From the IMG/VR virus record IMGVR_UViG_3300021511_000003, positions 1-64,000 of that record: a stretch of 64,000 nucleotides of DNA. The stretch is one strand, 5' to 3'. The position numbers and the translations under genes were made by a program. The notes under the pieces are model-generated. The model had not been told where the DNA came from. It did no database searches and saw only the letters and a list, made by a program, of their open reading frames with translations. Shown one piece after another: positions 28,461 to 39,127 of this stretch (positions are counted from its first letter, which is position 1; every line of letters begins with the position of its first letter).

Positions 28461-29195
28461 TCATCTAACAAATTCTATGACAATACTTTTAGTAAACGGT
28501 TCAATATAATGTTTAAAATATCTTTGTTTATCAATATCGTCTGTGTCGATGATTTTTAATGTTTGTGATGAAATTACTATTTCACCATATCCTTTAAGAA
28601 AGATACTCACTTTTCCATTTTTTAATGGTATACCAAATAGTCTAGCATTTTTACTTGCTATAAATTTATCTTTTATTTTTTGAAGATTTCTGAATATTGA
28701 ATCCTTATTAGCAAAATTAATTCTACAAATCTGTTCAAATATTTTATCAATTTCTGGATATCTATACGGGACACCTTTAATAGATATTTGATGTTTGCTA
28801 TCAAATGAGATATATTTTTTTCGGTCTATAGATGAAATGAATATTTGATAATGCTTTCTTACGTGTAAAGGAACATGATTTAAAAAAGATGTCTCGTTTA
28901 AAGTTTTTGTTATAATAATGCCATCATATTGTCTAAGAATTATATCATCTTCTGTAATTTTATTTCTCAAAATATATTCATCTATAATTGATCGTGTTGT
29001 ACTTCGTAACATTGATGTTAATTTAGGATTTTTTTTCATCATTTTACCGATCTGAGTATTTCTTTGTAACTTATTATTCTTATCAATACCAGGCATATCA
29101 ATTCCGAGTTTTGTTAATATTGTATAATGACATGCTTCAATGTCATATAAATAAACATCTCTTAAAACTAGTTTTGCATTTTTATTAATATTCAT
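28461..29195 (-). CDS. Minimal family-B-like DNA polymerase catalytic domain (probable split polymerase subunit)
   Basis: YDIEACHY (motif A-like), RQYDGII (motif C-like), RKKY, IKGV, DIDKQRYFKHYIEP. Confidence 0.6.
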   Translation of the reverse strand: MNINKNAKLVLRDVYLYDIEACHYTILTKLGIDMPGIDKNNKLQRNTQIGKMMKKNPKLTSMLRSTTRSIIDEYILRNKITEDDIILRQYDGIIITKTLNETSFLNHVPLHVRKHYQIFISSIDRKKYISFDSKHQISIKGVPYRYPEIDKIFEQICRINFANKDSIFRNLQKIKDKFIASKNARLFGIPLKNGKVSIFLKGYGEIVISSQTLKIIDTDDIDKQRYFKHYIEPFTKSIVIEFVR

Positions 29196-29241
29196 AGTAA
29201 GTAAAGGACGGGACTACTAAGTAGTTACCCGCCCAACATCC

Positions 29242-29985
29242 TTATGTTAAAATATTAATTAGAACACCATCAATTTGAAGATGATGGTTAATATCTGTAA
29301 CTGATGCCTGACGTTCAATAAGCCAATTCACAACATCCTGAATTGTTGTAAGATCTTTAACTGCTTTTGCACTTTGTTTATATAGAAGTTGTAATGATTC
29401 TAGATCAGCATTCAAAGGAAGTTTTTCAATGACTGATGCTGGATCGTTTGTAACAACTTCAAGCTCAGTATCTTTCTTTTTGGGTTTGATAATTGTATAT
29501 GGGATCAAATTTCCATCAATGTTATTACAGAAAACAGCAATCATTCCTGTTCTGACCCCATAACATTTGATGAATATGTTATTTTGATATTCATAAACAA
29601 TCCTGAAACCATTGTTATATACATCCATCGTTTCACCAGGCATATTCAATACTGGGTGAGTATCGGCATTTTCATAAACACGAAGGCTTCGTTTATCGTT
29701 ACCTTCCGAATCTTGTTCACCGGATAAATTTTTCACAGCCATGATAAGAGTCTTTTCTGAATTGACTCCACGAATAGCTACTTTTACTTGATTGATGTTT
29801 TCAAAATTGTTACAGTTTGATTCAAACCAACTTGCTAAAGATGTAATACCGATTACATCTGTAGTTTCACCTGCCTCTTCTTCAACGGGAACGGCATTTT
29901 CTGGGATATCCAGGTCTGTTTCTGGGAATACAACTGGTTCATCTGCCGGTGCGTCTTTAACCATTTGGGATAAATTCTCGTTCAT
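29242..29985 (-). CDS. Hypothetical acidic protein
   Basis: ORF track; AAGGAG RBS. Confidence 0.7.
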   Translation of the reverse strand: MNENLSQMVKDAPADEPVVFPETDLDIPENAVPVEEEAGETTDVIGITSLASWFESNCNNFENINQVKVAIRGVNSEKTLIMAVKNLSGEQDSEGNDKRSLRVYENADTHPVLNMPGETMDVYNNGFRIVYEYQNNIFIKCYGVRTGMIAVFCNNIDGNLIPYTIIKPKKKDTELEVVTNDPASVIEKLPLNADLESLQLLYKQSAKAVKDLTTIQDVVNWLIERQASVTDINHHLQIDGVLINILT

Positions 29986-30012
29986 AATACTCCTTTATAT
30001 TAAAATGTCTTT

Positions 30013-30366
30013 TTATTCGTTGAGTTCTTTTTTAAGTTCAGGTCTCCAATTTTCGGCATCTACATCTGTATATGTTTCTAGTGCAGCTCCTGCTAAACCC
30101 ATAATTTTTATAACTTCTTCATATGCCTTAATAGGTGCTACTCCATGATTTTGTAATTCTCTACAATCCTTTAACCATGTAGGTTTTTCTCTTTGCCACT
30201 TTCCTGTATATGCTGTAATTGCTTTGTCAACATACGTTTTCAAAAATAATAGAAAACTTGGAAAACTTAAAGATTTATCATCGATATATTCGCCGAATAT
30301 ATGAGTTTCATAATCACGTTCTTTGATATATAATTTTATAACTTCTAATTCTTTTGTTTTACTCAT
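30013..30366 (-). CDS. Hypothetical protein
   Basis: ORF track; GGAG RBS. Confidence 0.65.
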   Translation of the reverse strand: MSKTKELEVIKLYIKERDYETHIFGEYIDDKSLSFPSFLLFLKTYVDKAITAYTGKWQREKPTWLKDCRELQNHGVAPIKAYEEVIKIMGLAGAALETYTDVDAENWRPELKKELNE

Positions 30367-30965
30367 ATATTATTCTCCAATAATTCTTTTATTTGCTTGA
30401 GAAACATGTTTCGAGAAAATTCATTATTTCCATAATTTTTTATTAATTCTGTTATAAATTTTGAAAGGTTAAAGTTATAGATAGACCATATTTTATTTGT
30501 AATATGAAATGGTTTTTTCATTTTTACATGAATACCACCTCCTTGTTTAATATGTGGAAATTTTGATATTATTTTATATGGGTATGTTGTATAATATTTC
30601 CTTATATGACCTGGTTTAGAACCAGTTAACATCATAATAATTACACCATAATCTGCAAAGGTACGATATTTATATTTAACAACTCTATATCTATTAATAA
30701 CAATTCCATATTCATTCATTGCATAAAAAGGTATTTTTTTATTTCGTCTATAAAACTTTTTTTTATCTTCTTGGTTAACAAACCACTCACGCCAGTCATA
30801 AAAATTATTTTTATGATAACCGCTATTGAATTTTATTATATCTCCTTTTCTACTTGAAAGTTTTTTACTATCAAGTACTGCTTCAAATGTTCGCTGAAAT
30901 ATTGAATGACGATAACCCATTCCATGATAATAATCACTATGTTTTTGATAATCCCATACTTCCAT
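30363..30965 (-). CDS. Hypothetical basic/aromatic protein
   Basis: ORF track; stop overlaps the next start. Confidence 0.6.
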   Translation of the reverse strand: MEVWDYQKHSDYYHGMGYRHSIFQRTFEAVLDSKKLSSRKGDIIKFNSGYHKNNFYDWREWFVNQEDKKKFYRRNKKIPFYAMNEYGIVINRYRVVKYKYRTFADYGVIIMMLTGSKPGHIRKYYTTYPYKIISKFPHIKQGGGIHVKMKKPFHITNKIWSIYNFNLSKFITELIKNYGNNEFSRNMFLKQIKELLENNI

Positions 30966-31006
30966 TATTTGGTATCCTTTGTTAGGTCGGTTTACAATTG
31001 TATCTT

Positions 31007-31894
31007 TTATAAATAACGTCTACCATCAAATCCGTTAATGTGACCGCCTTTCCAATTAACTGCAATTGCTTCGGAAGTGTGTATTGATTCCTCATGACTA
31101 CATTTGATAATCCAATCTATAATACCATCCAGTGAATTAATCGAAGTTGAAATTGATCGTATAGCATCTTCAACAAACATTGGATTTTCGCCAGCAATTC
31201 GAGCAATTTCTTGTTCATCAACTCTTTTAATTATAGGGTATGGTAGAGTTGGAATAACATTTTCAACAGCTTCAATAACATCTTCCAGCCAGACATATTT
31301 ATCGCTGGATGTATCAGTTTCAACTAATACATCTGCATATGATCTTTGATTATGAGGGTATCCTTTTGTTTCAAGAACGCTACATAATTCAGCAGAACAC
31401 GGACAGTATGATGCATATTGTATTGTTGCTCCCTGAAAGAATCTATAATACCAATTTTGTTGATCTATGATTACATCATCATATAATTGACCTTCAAATC
31501 TACATTTATAATAAAGCGGAAATTGATTATCAGATATGACCGACTTTCTAATTATTGGTATTCTGAAATCAAATGTCATGTATGCAGCATTGGTTCCAGG
31601 TGTTTCATTCAGTCCAATATTTTCAAGTAATTTTTCAAGTATTTCTTTTATCAATTTGCTTTTTAAAGGCAAATCCAAATATGGTTTTAATGTAAGTAGT
31701 AATCTTGACATTGAAATACCTTTAATATTAGAATCAAGTCTTGTTCTTAAAGACACATTGGCAATTGCTTCATTAAACCCGCCGTACTTAGATTCTAACT
31801 TAAATGGTACCTCCACATTTTCAACCCCAACTTGCATAATGGGCATTTTAATGTTTGGTATTGTGCATTGAATATCTGGTAAATCTTTGGACAT
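31007..31894 (-). CDS. folE2: GTP cyclohydrolase I, FolE2/MptA type
   Basis: LPDIQ, GISMSRL, YCPCS, PHNQRS, ENPMFVEDAIR, ESIH. Confidence 0.92.
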   Translation of the reverse strand: MSKDLPDIQCTIPNIKMPIMQVGVENVEVPFKLESKYGGFNEAIANVSLRTRLDSNIKGISMSRLLLTLKPYLDLPLKSKLIKEILEKLLENIGLNETPGTNAAYMTFDFRIPIIRKSVISDNQFPLYYKCRFEGQLYDDVIIDQQNWYYRFFQGATIQYASYCPCSAELCSVLETKGYPHNQRSYADVLVETDTSSDKYVWLEDVIEAVENVIPTLPYPIIKRVDEQEIARIAGENPMFVEDAIRSISTSINSLDGIIDWIIKCSHEESIHTSEAIAVNWKGGHINGFDGRRYL

Positions 31895-31963
31895 AAATAG
31901 TTCTCCTGTTGTTTATAATTATCCAAATTATCTGAGTCAAAAACTGGCAAATATCTATATTAT

Positions 31964-34900
31964 TCAGTTATGGTCCACTCCTATGACAGTAAGATAGGAA
32001 TTAAGTAATTTAACTGATTCTGGTGTTGTATCTATTGATTGTTTCTCATCTGTTAAAGTTGAATTGATGAAAGTACGGATGTAAGAATTTTTTAAATCAA
32101 TACAGTCAGATTTAGTAGTAAGAAACTCATGTAAATTACATGGTGCATCATGCCCAATTAAACATGCAGTTTCCATCTCACCACATCTTTGACCGCCTTT
32201 ATTTTTTCTACCACCCAATGGTTGAAGTGTTCTCCTTGCATACGCTCCAATACCTCTTGCAGCTAATTTTTCTTCTGCAATATGAACCATTCTAAAAAAG
32301 TAAATAAACCCAACTGCAACAGGATTTACTAAAGATGCTTTTGATAATGGATCATATATTGGAAATTTAAAATCGCTTTCAACGTATTCTATTGCTTTTT
32401 CAACATGTTGTAATTTACATGATTGAAAGGGTGCTTGTATGATTGTAAAATTTTTCAAAAATTCTGCATTGATTTCTTCTGGTAATTGTTCATTAAATTG
32501 GTTATAATACCAATTGTTATCTGTACAATCTATTACCTCAATAAATCCCAGTAAATATTTCTTTATTTCTTCTTGGTTAATCCCATCTTCAGACATTTTT
32601 ATAATATTTTGTTTGAGTTTATCAACAGCCATAGCCATATGTAATTCATACAACTGGCCAATATTCATTCTCGATATAATACCAAGTGGATTAATGCAAA
32701 TATCAAGATGTCTCCCATCTGGCAACTGTGGCATTTTTTCATGATCAACAATTCTGGAAATTACTCCTTTATTTCCATGTCTATTAGCCATTTTATCACC
32801 AACTTGGACTCTCCTGAAATGAACACCAAACATTTCAACATGTATCCCATTGATTCGTTCACGTTTCTTTTTATATTTCCCAACGAACGAAAATTTATCA
32901 AGACTTTTTTCTCTAATAACTTTTAAAGCATCTTCTTTCGACATAACATCCCGTAGAATTTTATGAAGAAATTTTTCTTTATCTTGTTGATCTGCAAGTT
33001 TATTTTCAACCCACTCTTTGTATTCAGGTACTTCTTCATTCCATGTATTTCCGTATATATTAACTTCGGAAATAATATAATTTTTTCGGGCTTCTAATGG
33101 TACAGTTTCAGAAAATACTGAATATTGTTCATCGGAATTTAATTTTTTCAAGATGGCATAAGGATCGCCAGATTTAATTGTTTCAAGTTCTTCAGGTAAT
33201 GGTTTATACTCACCATTTTGTAATGACAAAAGAACCTTATCTGGTGTTATTGTAAATGATAAATCTTTATAATGAACTGATGTTAAAACGTCTTCCTTTA
33301 CAAGTCTATCTGATATAACAATTCCATCCTCATAATTATTACCGTAATAAACCATAACACCAGTTAATAAATTTTTTCCAATATTAATATTACCATTATT
33401 ACAGAAATTACTTTCTGCAATAATATCCCCTGCTTTAAATTTATCTCCGCTTTTTACATATATATTCATAAAGTCCATATGTTCAACATAGATTTTTCTA
33501 TAACGGATATCAAATATATCGGTATCTTTATCATTATAAATAACAATTATATATTCTTTATCAATATGAACGACTTCCCCATCTTTCTTTGCAATTTTAA
33601 CGAATTGCGTATATGATGTGTATAACCCTTCTGACCCTGAACTGATTAGCGGAGTATCAAATTTTCTAAGCATAATTGACTGTCTCATTTGTGATGCAGC
33701 CATTTGTAGTCGAGTTTGATCATTATGCTTTAAAAATGGAGTCATTGATACCGGTATTGATATTGGATGTTTGTCACAAATTTCATCTGTGAATTTCATC
33801 TTTTCATTGATATGTACATTTGGAAGAATGTTTTGTAATACTCCACAGTTGTCTCTATCTGGTGTATCAACAGGACATAATCTACCGAACATACTTGGGC
33901 AAATATCTCTTAAATGCTTGGGAATGTTCTCCCGTTTGAAGCCTCCGGGTCCAAGAAGACTAATTCTCGATAACTTTGTTAATTCTTCAATTGGATTAAT
34001 TGAGAAATCAAATTGAACAATATCTGAAACGTTACACTCTGAAAGTATTTGAGTTGAATTAATATTAAATTTGGGTTGCCTTGCAGTTCGATTTGCAAAA
34101 CATAGATCGAATATGATTTTTGAAATTTTTGCAATGACAATATATTCAAAGCATCTGATTCTTTTATTCGTAAATAGTGTATCATCAACCGAACCAGTTT
34201 TTAATATTTCAGATATTTCTTCAAGGATTGTTGGGTATGTCATAAATTGTGCTGTAATTAAATCAACTTTTGGTATTAAATCAATTGCGTAAAGAATATC
34301 CTCACCTTTTGATTTTGCATTATACCTAGAATAAAGTCTTCCAAGTTCTAATATAAAATCGTCTATTGTGTAACCAATTGATTCATCAATGTATAATTTT
34401 AGATCTTGTCTTAATATATCAAAGAGGTTATCTCTTTCTTGTTCAATATCTATATCTAAATCATATTTTTCTGTGATACCTTCAATTCCATAATATGCAA
34501 GTAATATTAATGATAAAGGAACTTTTTTACCCATGAAGCTAATTTTAATACGTGGTCCTTCTTTGTCTTTAAATGCCATTATGGTTGCTACATTCGTACG
34601 TAGCTTTATATTTTCTCCCCTTGTTACTATGGGTATATCAAAAAGTTGTAATAAGGGAATTTTTCTTCTTCCATTGATATAAATATAATTTTTATCAACC
34701 AATTTTGGAATGAAAATACTTATATCAATTTCAGAAGATCCTTTTTGTAATTTAATAGCCAATGTTTCTTTGAGTGTTTTGGCCAATTCACCAGATGAAA
34801 ATCGTGAATCTTTTAAACTAATATCATTTATTTGAAATCCGATTTCTTCAACCGGTTTTACTATATTTTGTACAATAGGTAAAATATTTTCATAATCCAA

Positions 34901-34966
34901 TTGTCTTAAAGTGAATATATTATTTTCACTATTTTGTATTACAGCATTCGGGTTGATTATTTTCAA
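31964..34966 (-). CDS. rpoB: Multisubunit RNA polymerase beta subunit (TTG start)
   Basis: GRLCPVDTPD, RLQMAASQMRQ, YGNNYEDG, GDKMANRHGNKGVIS, NPLGIISRMNIGQ, GGQRCGEME; GGAGG RBS. Confidence 0.95.
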   Translation of the reverse strand: MKIINPNAVIQNSENNIFTLRQLDYENILPIVQNIVKPVEEIGFQINDISLKDSRFSSGELAKTLKETLAIKLQKGSSEIDISIFIPKLVDKNYIYINGRRKIPLLQLFDIPIVTRGENIKLRTNVATIMAFKDKEGPRIKISFMGKKVPLSLILLAYYGIEGITEKYDLDIDIEQERDNLFDILRQDLKLYIDESIGYTIDDFILELGRLYSRYNAKSKGEDILYAIDLIPKVDLITAQFMTYPTILEEISEILKTGSVDDTLFTNKRIRCFEYIVIAKISKIIFDLCFANRTARQPKFNINSTQILSECNVSDIVQFDFSINPIEELTKLSRISLLGPGGFKRENIPKHLRDICPSMFGRLCPVDTPDRDNCGVLQNILPNVHINEKMKFTDEICDKHPISIPVSMTPFLKHNDQTRLQMAASQMRQSIMLRKFDTPLISSGSEGLYTSYTQFVKIAKKDGEVVHIDKEYIIVIYNDKDTDIFDIRYRKIYVEHMDFMNIYVKSGDKFKAGDIIAESNFCNNGNINIGKNLLTGVMVYYGNNYEDGIVISDRLVKEDVLTSVHYKDLSFTITPDKVLLSLQNGEYKPLPEELETIKSGDPYAILKKLNSDEQYSVFSETVPLEARKNYIISEVNIYGNTWNEEVPEYKEWVENKLADQQDKEKFLHKILRDVMSKEDALKVIREKSLDKFSFVGKYKKKRERINGIHVEMFGVHFRRVQVGDKMANRHGNKGVISRIVDHEKMPQLPDGRHLDICINPLGIISRMNIGQLYELHMAMAVDKLKQNIIKMSEDGINQEEIKKYLLGFIEVIDCTDNNWYYNQFNEQLPEEINAEFLKNFTIIQAPFQSCKLQHVEKAIEYVESDFKFPIYDPLSKASLVNPVAVGFIYFFRMVHIAEEKLAARGIGAYARRTLQPLGGRKNKGGQRCGEMETACLIGHDAPCNLHEFLTTKSDCIDLKNSYIRTFINSTLTDEKQSIDTTPESVKLLNSYLTVIGVDHN

Positions 34967-35153
34967 ACTGAATCCTCCTATCTTTACAGTATACTTTCAA
35001 GTTTTCCTCCAATTTGTCATCGTCAATATAATAAGGATCCCCATGTACTAATAAAACATTCATAATAAGTTGAGTTAAACGAAGATCTGGGTTATTGTAC
35101 CAAACCTTTTTAATTAATACAAGAATTCTATCAATTCTTTTTATGTCTCTCAT
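34929..35153 (-). CDS. Small conserved phage protein (MRDIKRID...PDLRLTQL)
   Basis: Start moved to the ATG at 35153, which overlaps the upstream TGA. Confidence 0.65.
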   Translation of the reverse strand: MRDIKRIDRILVLIKKVWYNNPDLRLTQLIMNVLLVHGDPYYIDDDKLEENLKVYCKDRRIQFENNQPECCNTK

Positions 35154-35636
35154 AAAATGTATCTCCTTAGAACTATAGCTTGATACCATGCTTTATGCCA
35201 CGTTCTATTATAATTTGCTGTTGTATTACAACTATTACAAATAGTTATAAGATTTAATGGGTTACAATCTTTTTTATTATAATTGATATGATGAACAACT
35301 AAATTTGAAGGATTTATTAAATAATTACATACAGGATTTAAACATCTATAACCATCGCGATATTTTATATATTCTTTGTAGATGATTTTTATATGTTCCT
35401 GAAATGAATTTGTAACCATACATGTTTAATGTTTTTTTAATATTATGAATACTTTTCTTTTTTTTTACCTGAGCATTTTAAACATCTTCGACCATTTCTA
35501 AAATTATTTTAAATGAATGATTATTATCACATACCCAGATTAAAGGATCATATCTTGTTTTGTATTCTTTTGATATACAAACATAAGAAAATTGCTTAGC
35601 ATATTCTTTTATGAATTGTATGGTTACTTTTTTCAT
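35150..35636 (-). pseudogene. Frameshifted HNH homing endonuclease remnant between rpoC and rpoB
   Basis: Successive frames give MKKVT...WVCDNNHSF, then NFRNGRRCLKCSGK, then GYKFISGTYKN, then YRDGYRC...VHHINYNKKDC...ICNSC; first stop at 35478-35480. Confidence 0.75.
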
Positions 35637-38348
35637 CTATATAATTTTTTCTCCCTTTAGTATTTTATCCATAACACCAGAATATCTTCCTTCATATAGA
35701 ATTCCTTGTAGAATTGCTCTTTTGGGATTTGAGAACGCCATTGCCAAAATCCAACTTTCTTGGTTGGGTACAGTTTGAATACTATAATACTTTGGAGATA
35801 CTTTTTCACGATTTTCTATCAATCTCCATTTTTTATTATCTCTCCACATTAACTGAGCAACTACAGATTCAAAATGAACATTATGAATATCTTTACCATA
35901 TGCATCAAATAATTCATCAACTATCATGGTATATGTTTTATTTTCGAATTTATGTAATAATTTAGAAACAGATGCAAGATCTCCAATAATATCCTTTTGC
36001 TTCATAGATGTATCATCATCCCCTATTTCTTCACCTTTGATGACTGCTGATCCAGAAGTATGAAATGTACGAAGAACTAATTGAGTTCCTCTCTCACCCA
36101 ATGTTTGAGCTGCTATAATTCCAATAAATCGACTATTAAGAATTTTATATAAATCACCATAACACTTTTTACATATTTTAGGTGATTTACATAATATTGG
36201 GCTTCGTATAAAAATAATTTTTCCGATTATATTTTTATAATTATCTTCTGTGATTTTATATAGGGTTTTATCTTCTTCATTAAGAGCCCATCTGTTAATT
36301 AACATTCGAGCTTTTCTATTATTTTTTACATCAACTTCCAATAAATCTGTTGTACCACAATCGTCAAGATCTTTATCAATCTGTAAATTGGCACATGTAA
36401 AAATAAGTTTTCTTGAAAGATAACCTGATGTTCCTGTATTTAATGCAACGTCCAACAAACCTTTTCTACAACCATATGTTGAATAGAAAAATTCTTTTTG
36501 TGTAAGCCCATCAACTAGAGAATTTTTGATTGGATGGGGTAAAATTTCTCCATCGAAGTTTGAAATAAACCCTCTGGATAAAATTAATTGTTTAACTTGT
36601 CCCCAACTTCCTCTTGCACCTGATTCTATCATATATGAATATTTGAATTTTTCTTTTAACTCATCAATCAAACTTGGATCCGAAAATGCAGTTAATTGAT
36701 TTCTTATACTGCTATGTGAAAAAATATCATGTCTTATTTTCTTTGCTCCTACAATAGGAAAATCTTTTAGTGACATCGTTGTACCATAAAGAGTTGCAAA
36801 TTTAAACCCGGTCTTTTTAATATTATCAAGAATTACAATTGTTTCTTCTTGTGGGTATTTATTTTTAATATCATTCAGGATTCGAAGTAAACCTTTTTCT
36901 GAAATCTTTTTATCGACAACTGGATAATCTTTTGGTAATTGTCTATTAAATTCAGCTCGACCGATTAATAATTTATGTTCTTTATATGTAATTATTTTTT
37001 TTGAAAATTCCTCAGATGTTAAATAATATATTCCCAGAATAATATCTTGACTCGGTGTTGTTGTTAAGTACTCATTAGATGGACTACTTAGATTCGATGT
37101 TATTACAATCTTTTCTTTAATTTCATTTTTGGCGTCATCTGAAATGGGTATATATACAGCCATTTGATCCCCATCAAAATCTGCATTAAATGGAGGACAT
37201 GCGAGCGGATGTATTTTAATAACTGAATCTAATGTAATCTTAATTTTAAAACCTAACATTCCAAGTTTGTGAAGCGAAGGTTGTCTATTTAATATACAGT
37301 ATTCATTTTTTGTTACGTCTTTACAAATTTTTAATAAGACAGGTGTTTTATTTTCAATACATTCGTTTACATAATCAATTGATTTATTGAGTAATTTGAA
37401 TTTACCAAGTTGGATGATTCTTTTTGCTATAGGAAGTTTAAATATTTCAAGTACCATTATATATGGTAACTTACACTCATCCAATGAAAGAGTTGGATCA
37501 GGGGAAATAACTGCACGACCGGAGAAGTCAATTCTTTTTCCAAGAATATTCCCTCGTATCAACCCCTCTTTTTTAGCCATCTTTTCAAGAATTCTTGTAT
37601 AAAGTTCGCTAACGTCTTTTTGTAATTGTTTAAAATATGTATAATAGAGAGCCTTATCACGTTGAATATCAATAATTGTGTCTCTCATAATTTCTTTTTT
37701 AGTTAGTATTTGAACATAATAACGATTGATTTTATCCATTAACTGTTTTGTTTCGCCTGAACTTTTTGATGTTGGTCGTAACTCAGGTGGTAATACAATA
37801 ATCTGATTTATCAATAAATTACTTAGATTATCTTTAATAATTTGCCATTCTGGTGGGTTATCTGGGTTTTCAGCAACAGCTCTGACCAACTCTTCAATTG
37901 CTTCCACTCGTTCCCACTTTTCTGCACCTACTGGTATTTGATCTTCACTTATTGTAACTACATATTCATCTAAAGCTGAGTCTAAATAAAGAATACTTTT
38001 ATCATTTTTCATAAGATCATCGATTGCTTTTTTTAAGCCTTTACCGCCCAAATTAACAATTAGATCATAAAATAATGGATTAACCACAGATATCGGTATT
38101 ACAATTTTTGCGAATGTTTTTCTTCTGGAATCACTATTTATAATAGGAACACCACAAATATCACACACACTACCGGATTTCGATACACCATGATAAATGC
38201 CACATTGGCATGTATAATTTCTCACTGGCCCAAATATTTGTTCAGAGAATAAGCCTTCTGGGTTAAACTTTTTCTTTCCGAATGTTTTTAGAGACGTTAC
38301 TTCGTCTAAGTTTTCACAGAAATCACTATAATTTAAAATCTTAGGCAT
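35637..38348 (-). CDS. rpoC: Multisubunit RNA polymerase beta-prime subunit
   Basis: GLFSEQIFGP...CQCG...CDICG, ILGKRIDFSGRAVI, NRQPSLH, FNADFDGDQM, SGARGS, TSGYLSRKL, QTLGERGTQLVLRTFH. Confidence 0.97.
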   Translation of the reverse strand: MPKILNYSDFCENLDEVTSLKTFGKKKFNPEGLFSEQIFGPVRNYTCQCGIYHGVSKSGSVCDICGVPIINSDSRRKTFAKIVIPISVVNPLFYDLIVNLGGKGLKKAIDDLMKNDKSILYLDSALDEYVVTISEDQIPVGAEKWERVEAIEELVRAVAENPDNPPEWQIIKDNLSNLLINQIIVLPPELRPTSKSSGETKQLMDKINRYYVQILTKKEIMRDTIIDIQRDKALYYTYFKQLQKDVSELYTRILEKMAKKEGLIRGNILGKRIDFSGRAVISPDPTLSLDECKLPYIMVLEIFKLPIAKRIIQLGKFKLLNKSIDYVNECIENKTPVLLKICKDVTKNEYCILNRQPSLHKLGMLGFKIKITLDSVIKIHPLACPPFNADFDGDQMAVYIPISDDAKNEIKEKIVITSNLSSPSNEYLTTTPSQDIILGIYYLTSEEFSKKIITYKEHKLLIGRAEFNRQLPKDYPVVDKKISEKGLLRILNDIKNKYPQEETIVILDNIKKTGFKFATLYGTTMSLKDFPIVGAKKIRHDIFSHSSIRNQLTAFSDPSLIDELKEKFKYSYMIESGARGSWGQVKQLILSRGFISNFDGEILPHPIKNSLVDGLTQKEFFYSTYGCRKGLLDVALNTGTSGYLSRKLIFTCANLQIDKDLDDCGTTDLLEVDVKNNRKARMLINRWALNEEDKTLYKITEDNYKNIIGKIIFIRSPILCKSPKICKKCYGDLYKILNSRFIGIIAAQTLGERGTQLVLRTFHTSGSAVIKGEEIGDDDTSMKQKDIIGDLASVSKLLHKFENKTYTMIVDELFDAYGKDIHNVHFESVVAQLMWRDNKKWRLIENREKVSPKYYSIQTVPNQESWILAMAFSNPKRAILQGILYEGRYSGVMDKILKGEKII

Positions 38349-38350
38349 AT

Positions 38351-38575
38351 TTATTCTCCTATATTTATATTTTCAATTATGAATTGCCCTATTGCAAGAA
38401 AATGACTTTTTATTTTTTGAGCAATTATTCGATCTAAATCAGGCATAATTTCATGAGCTATAATTTTTATATCATCTACTGACAATTCAATCTTTGAATC
38501 TTTTATAGCTTTGTCAACTATGCGGGTGATTTCCTTTTCTAATAGTGATGGTTGTTCGATATTAATCTTTTTCAT
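38351..38575 (-). CDS. Small hypothetical protein abutting the rpoC start
   Basis: ORF track; overlapped by the upstream gene. Confidence 0.6.
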   Translation of the reverse strand: MKKINIEQPSLLEKEITRIVDKAIKDSKIELSVDDIKIIAHEIMPDLDRIIAQKIKSHFLAIGQFIIENINIGE

Positions 38576-38780
38576 TTTTTTTAGATTCCTTTTTATCGAT
38601 CTTGATTTTTATCTTATCAACTCCTTTGTCAACTATTTCATCTGCTGTATCAGCAGTACGTTCAACCATCAGTTTAATTAATGATCTTATTGATTTTTTA
38701 CCTGTTGTTGCAATATCATCAATAATAATTTTAATCTGTTTTTTCACTTCTTTATTAGTTAATTTTTTTTTATTTTCCAT
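38562..38780 (-). CDS. Small basic hypothetical protein
   Basis: ORF track; GGAG RBS inside the upstream gene. Confidence 0.55.
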   Translation of the reverse strand: MENKKKLTNKEVKKQIKIIIDDIATTGKKSIRSLIKLMVERTADTADEIVDKGVDKIKIKIDKKESKKNEKD

Positions 38781-39127
38781 GCTCCTAACACCTCTTGTTT
38801 TTTATATTGTATTTCATCCCAAGGTGTAAAGTAACAGTCATCTAAATTAAAGCATAATAACATATTAGTAATCATATTTTTAGACTTGTTCGTTAAATTA
38901 TATTTTCGTAAACTATGTGGTATACAAAACTCTCCACTTTTTGGTATTGCATTTGGGTGTGGATTATCTAATATAACCATATCAATTTTACCATTAACAG
39001 TTTTAACAATAAAACCATCAACTTCAAATTTATTTGCTAGTTTCGTAATTGTATATATTTCATTTTTATATATTAATTTCCTTGGTTTGATAAATTCGGT
39101 TATTTCATGATTTTTTATTATCATCAT
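38759..39127 (-). CDS. Small putative E2/UBC-like protein
   Basis: HPNAIPKSGEFCIP resembles the E2 signature HPN-x(7)-C with one extra residue; coupled to the upstream ThiF gene by ATGA overlap. Confidence 0.5.
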   Translation of the reverse strand: MMIIKNHEITEFIKPRKLIYKNEIYTITKLANKFEVDGFIVKTVNGKIDMVILDNPHPNAIPKSGEFCIPHSLRKYNLTNKSKNMITNMLLCFNLDDCYFTPWDEIQYKKQEVLGAWKIKKN

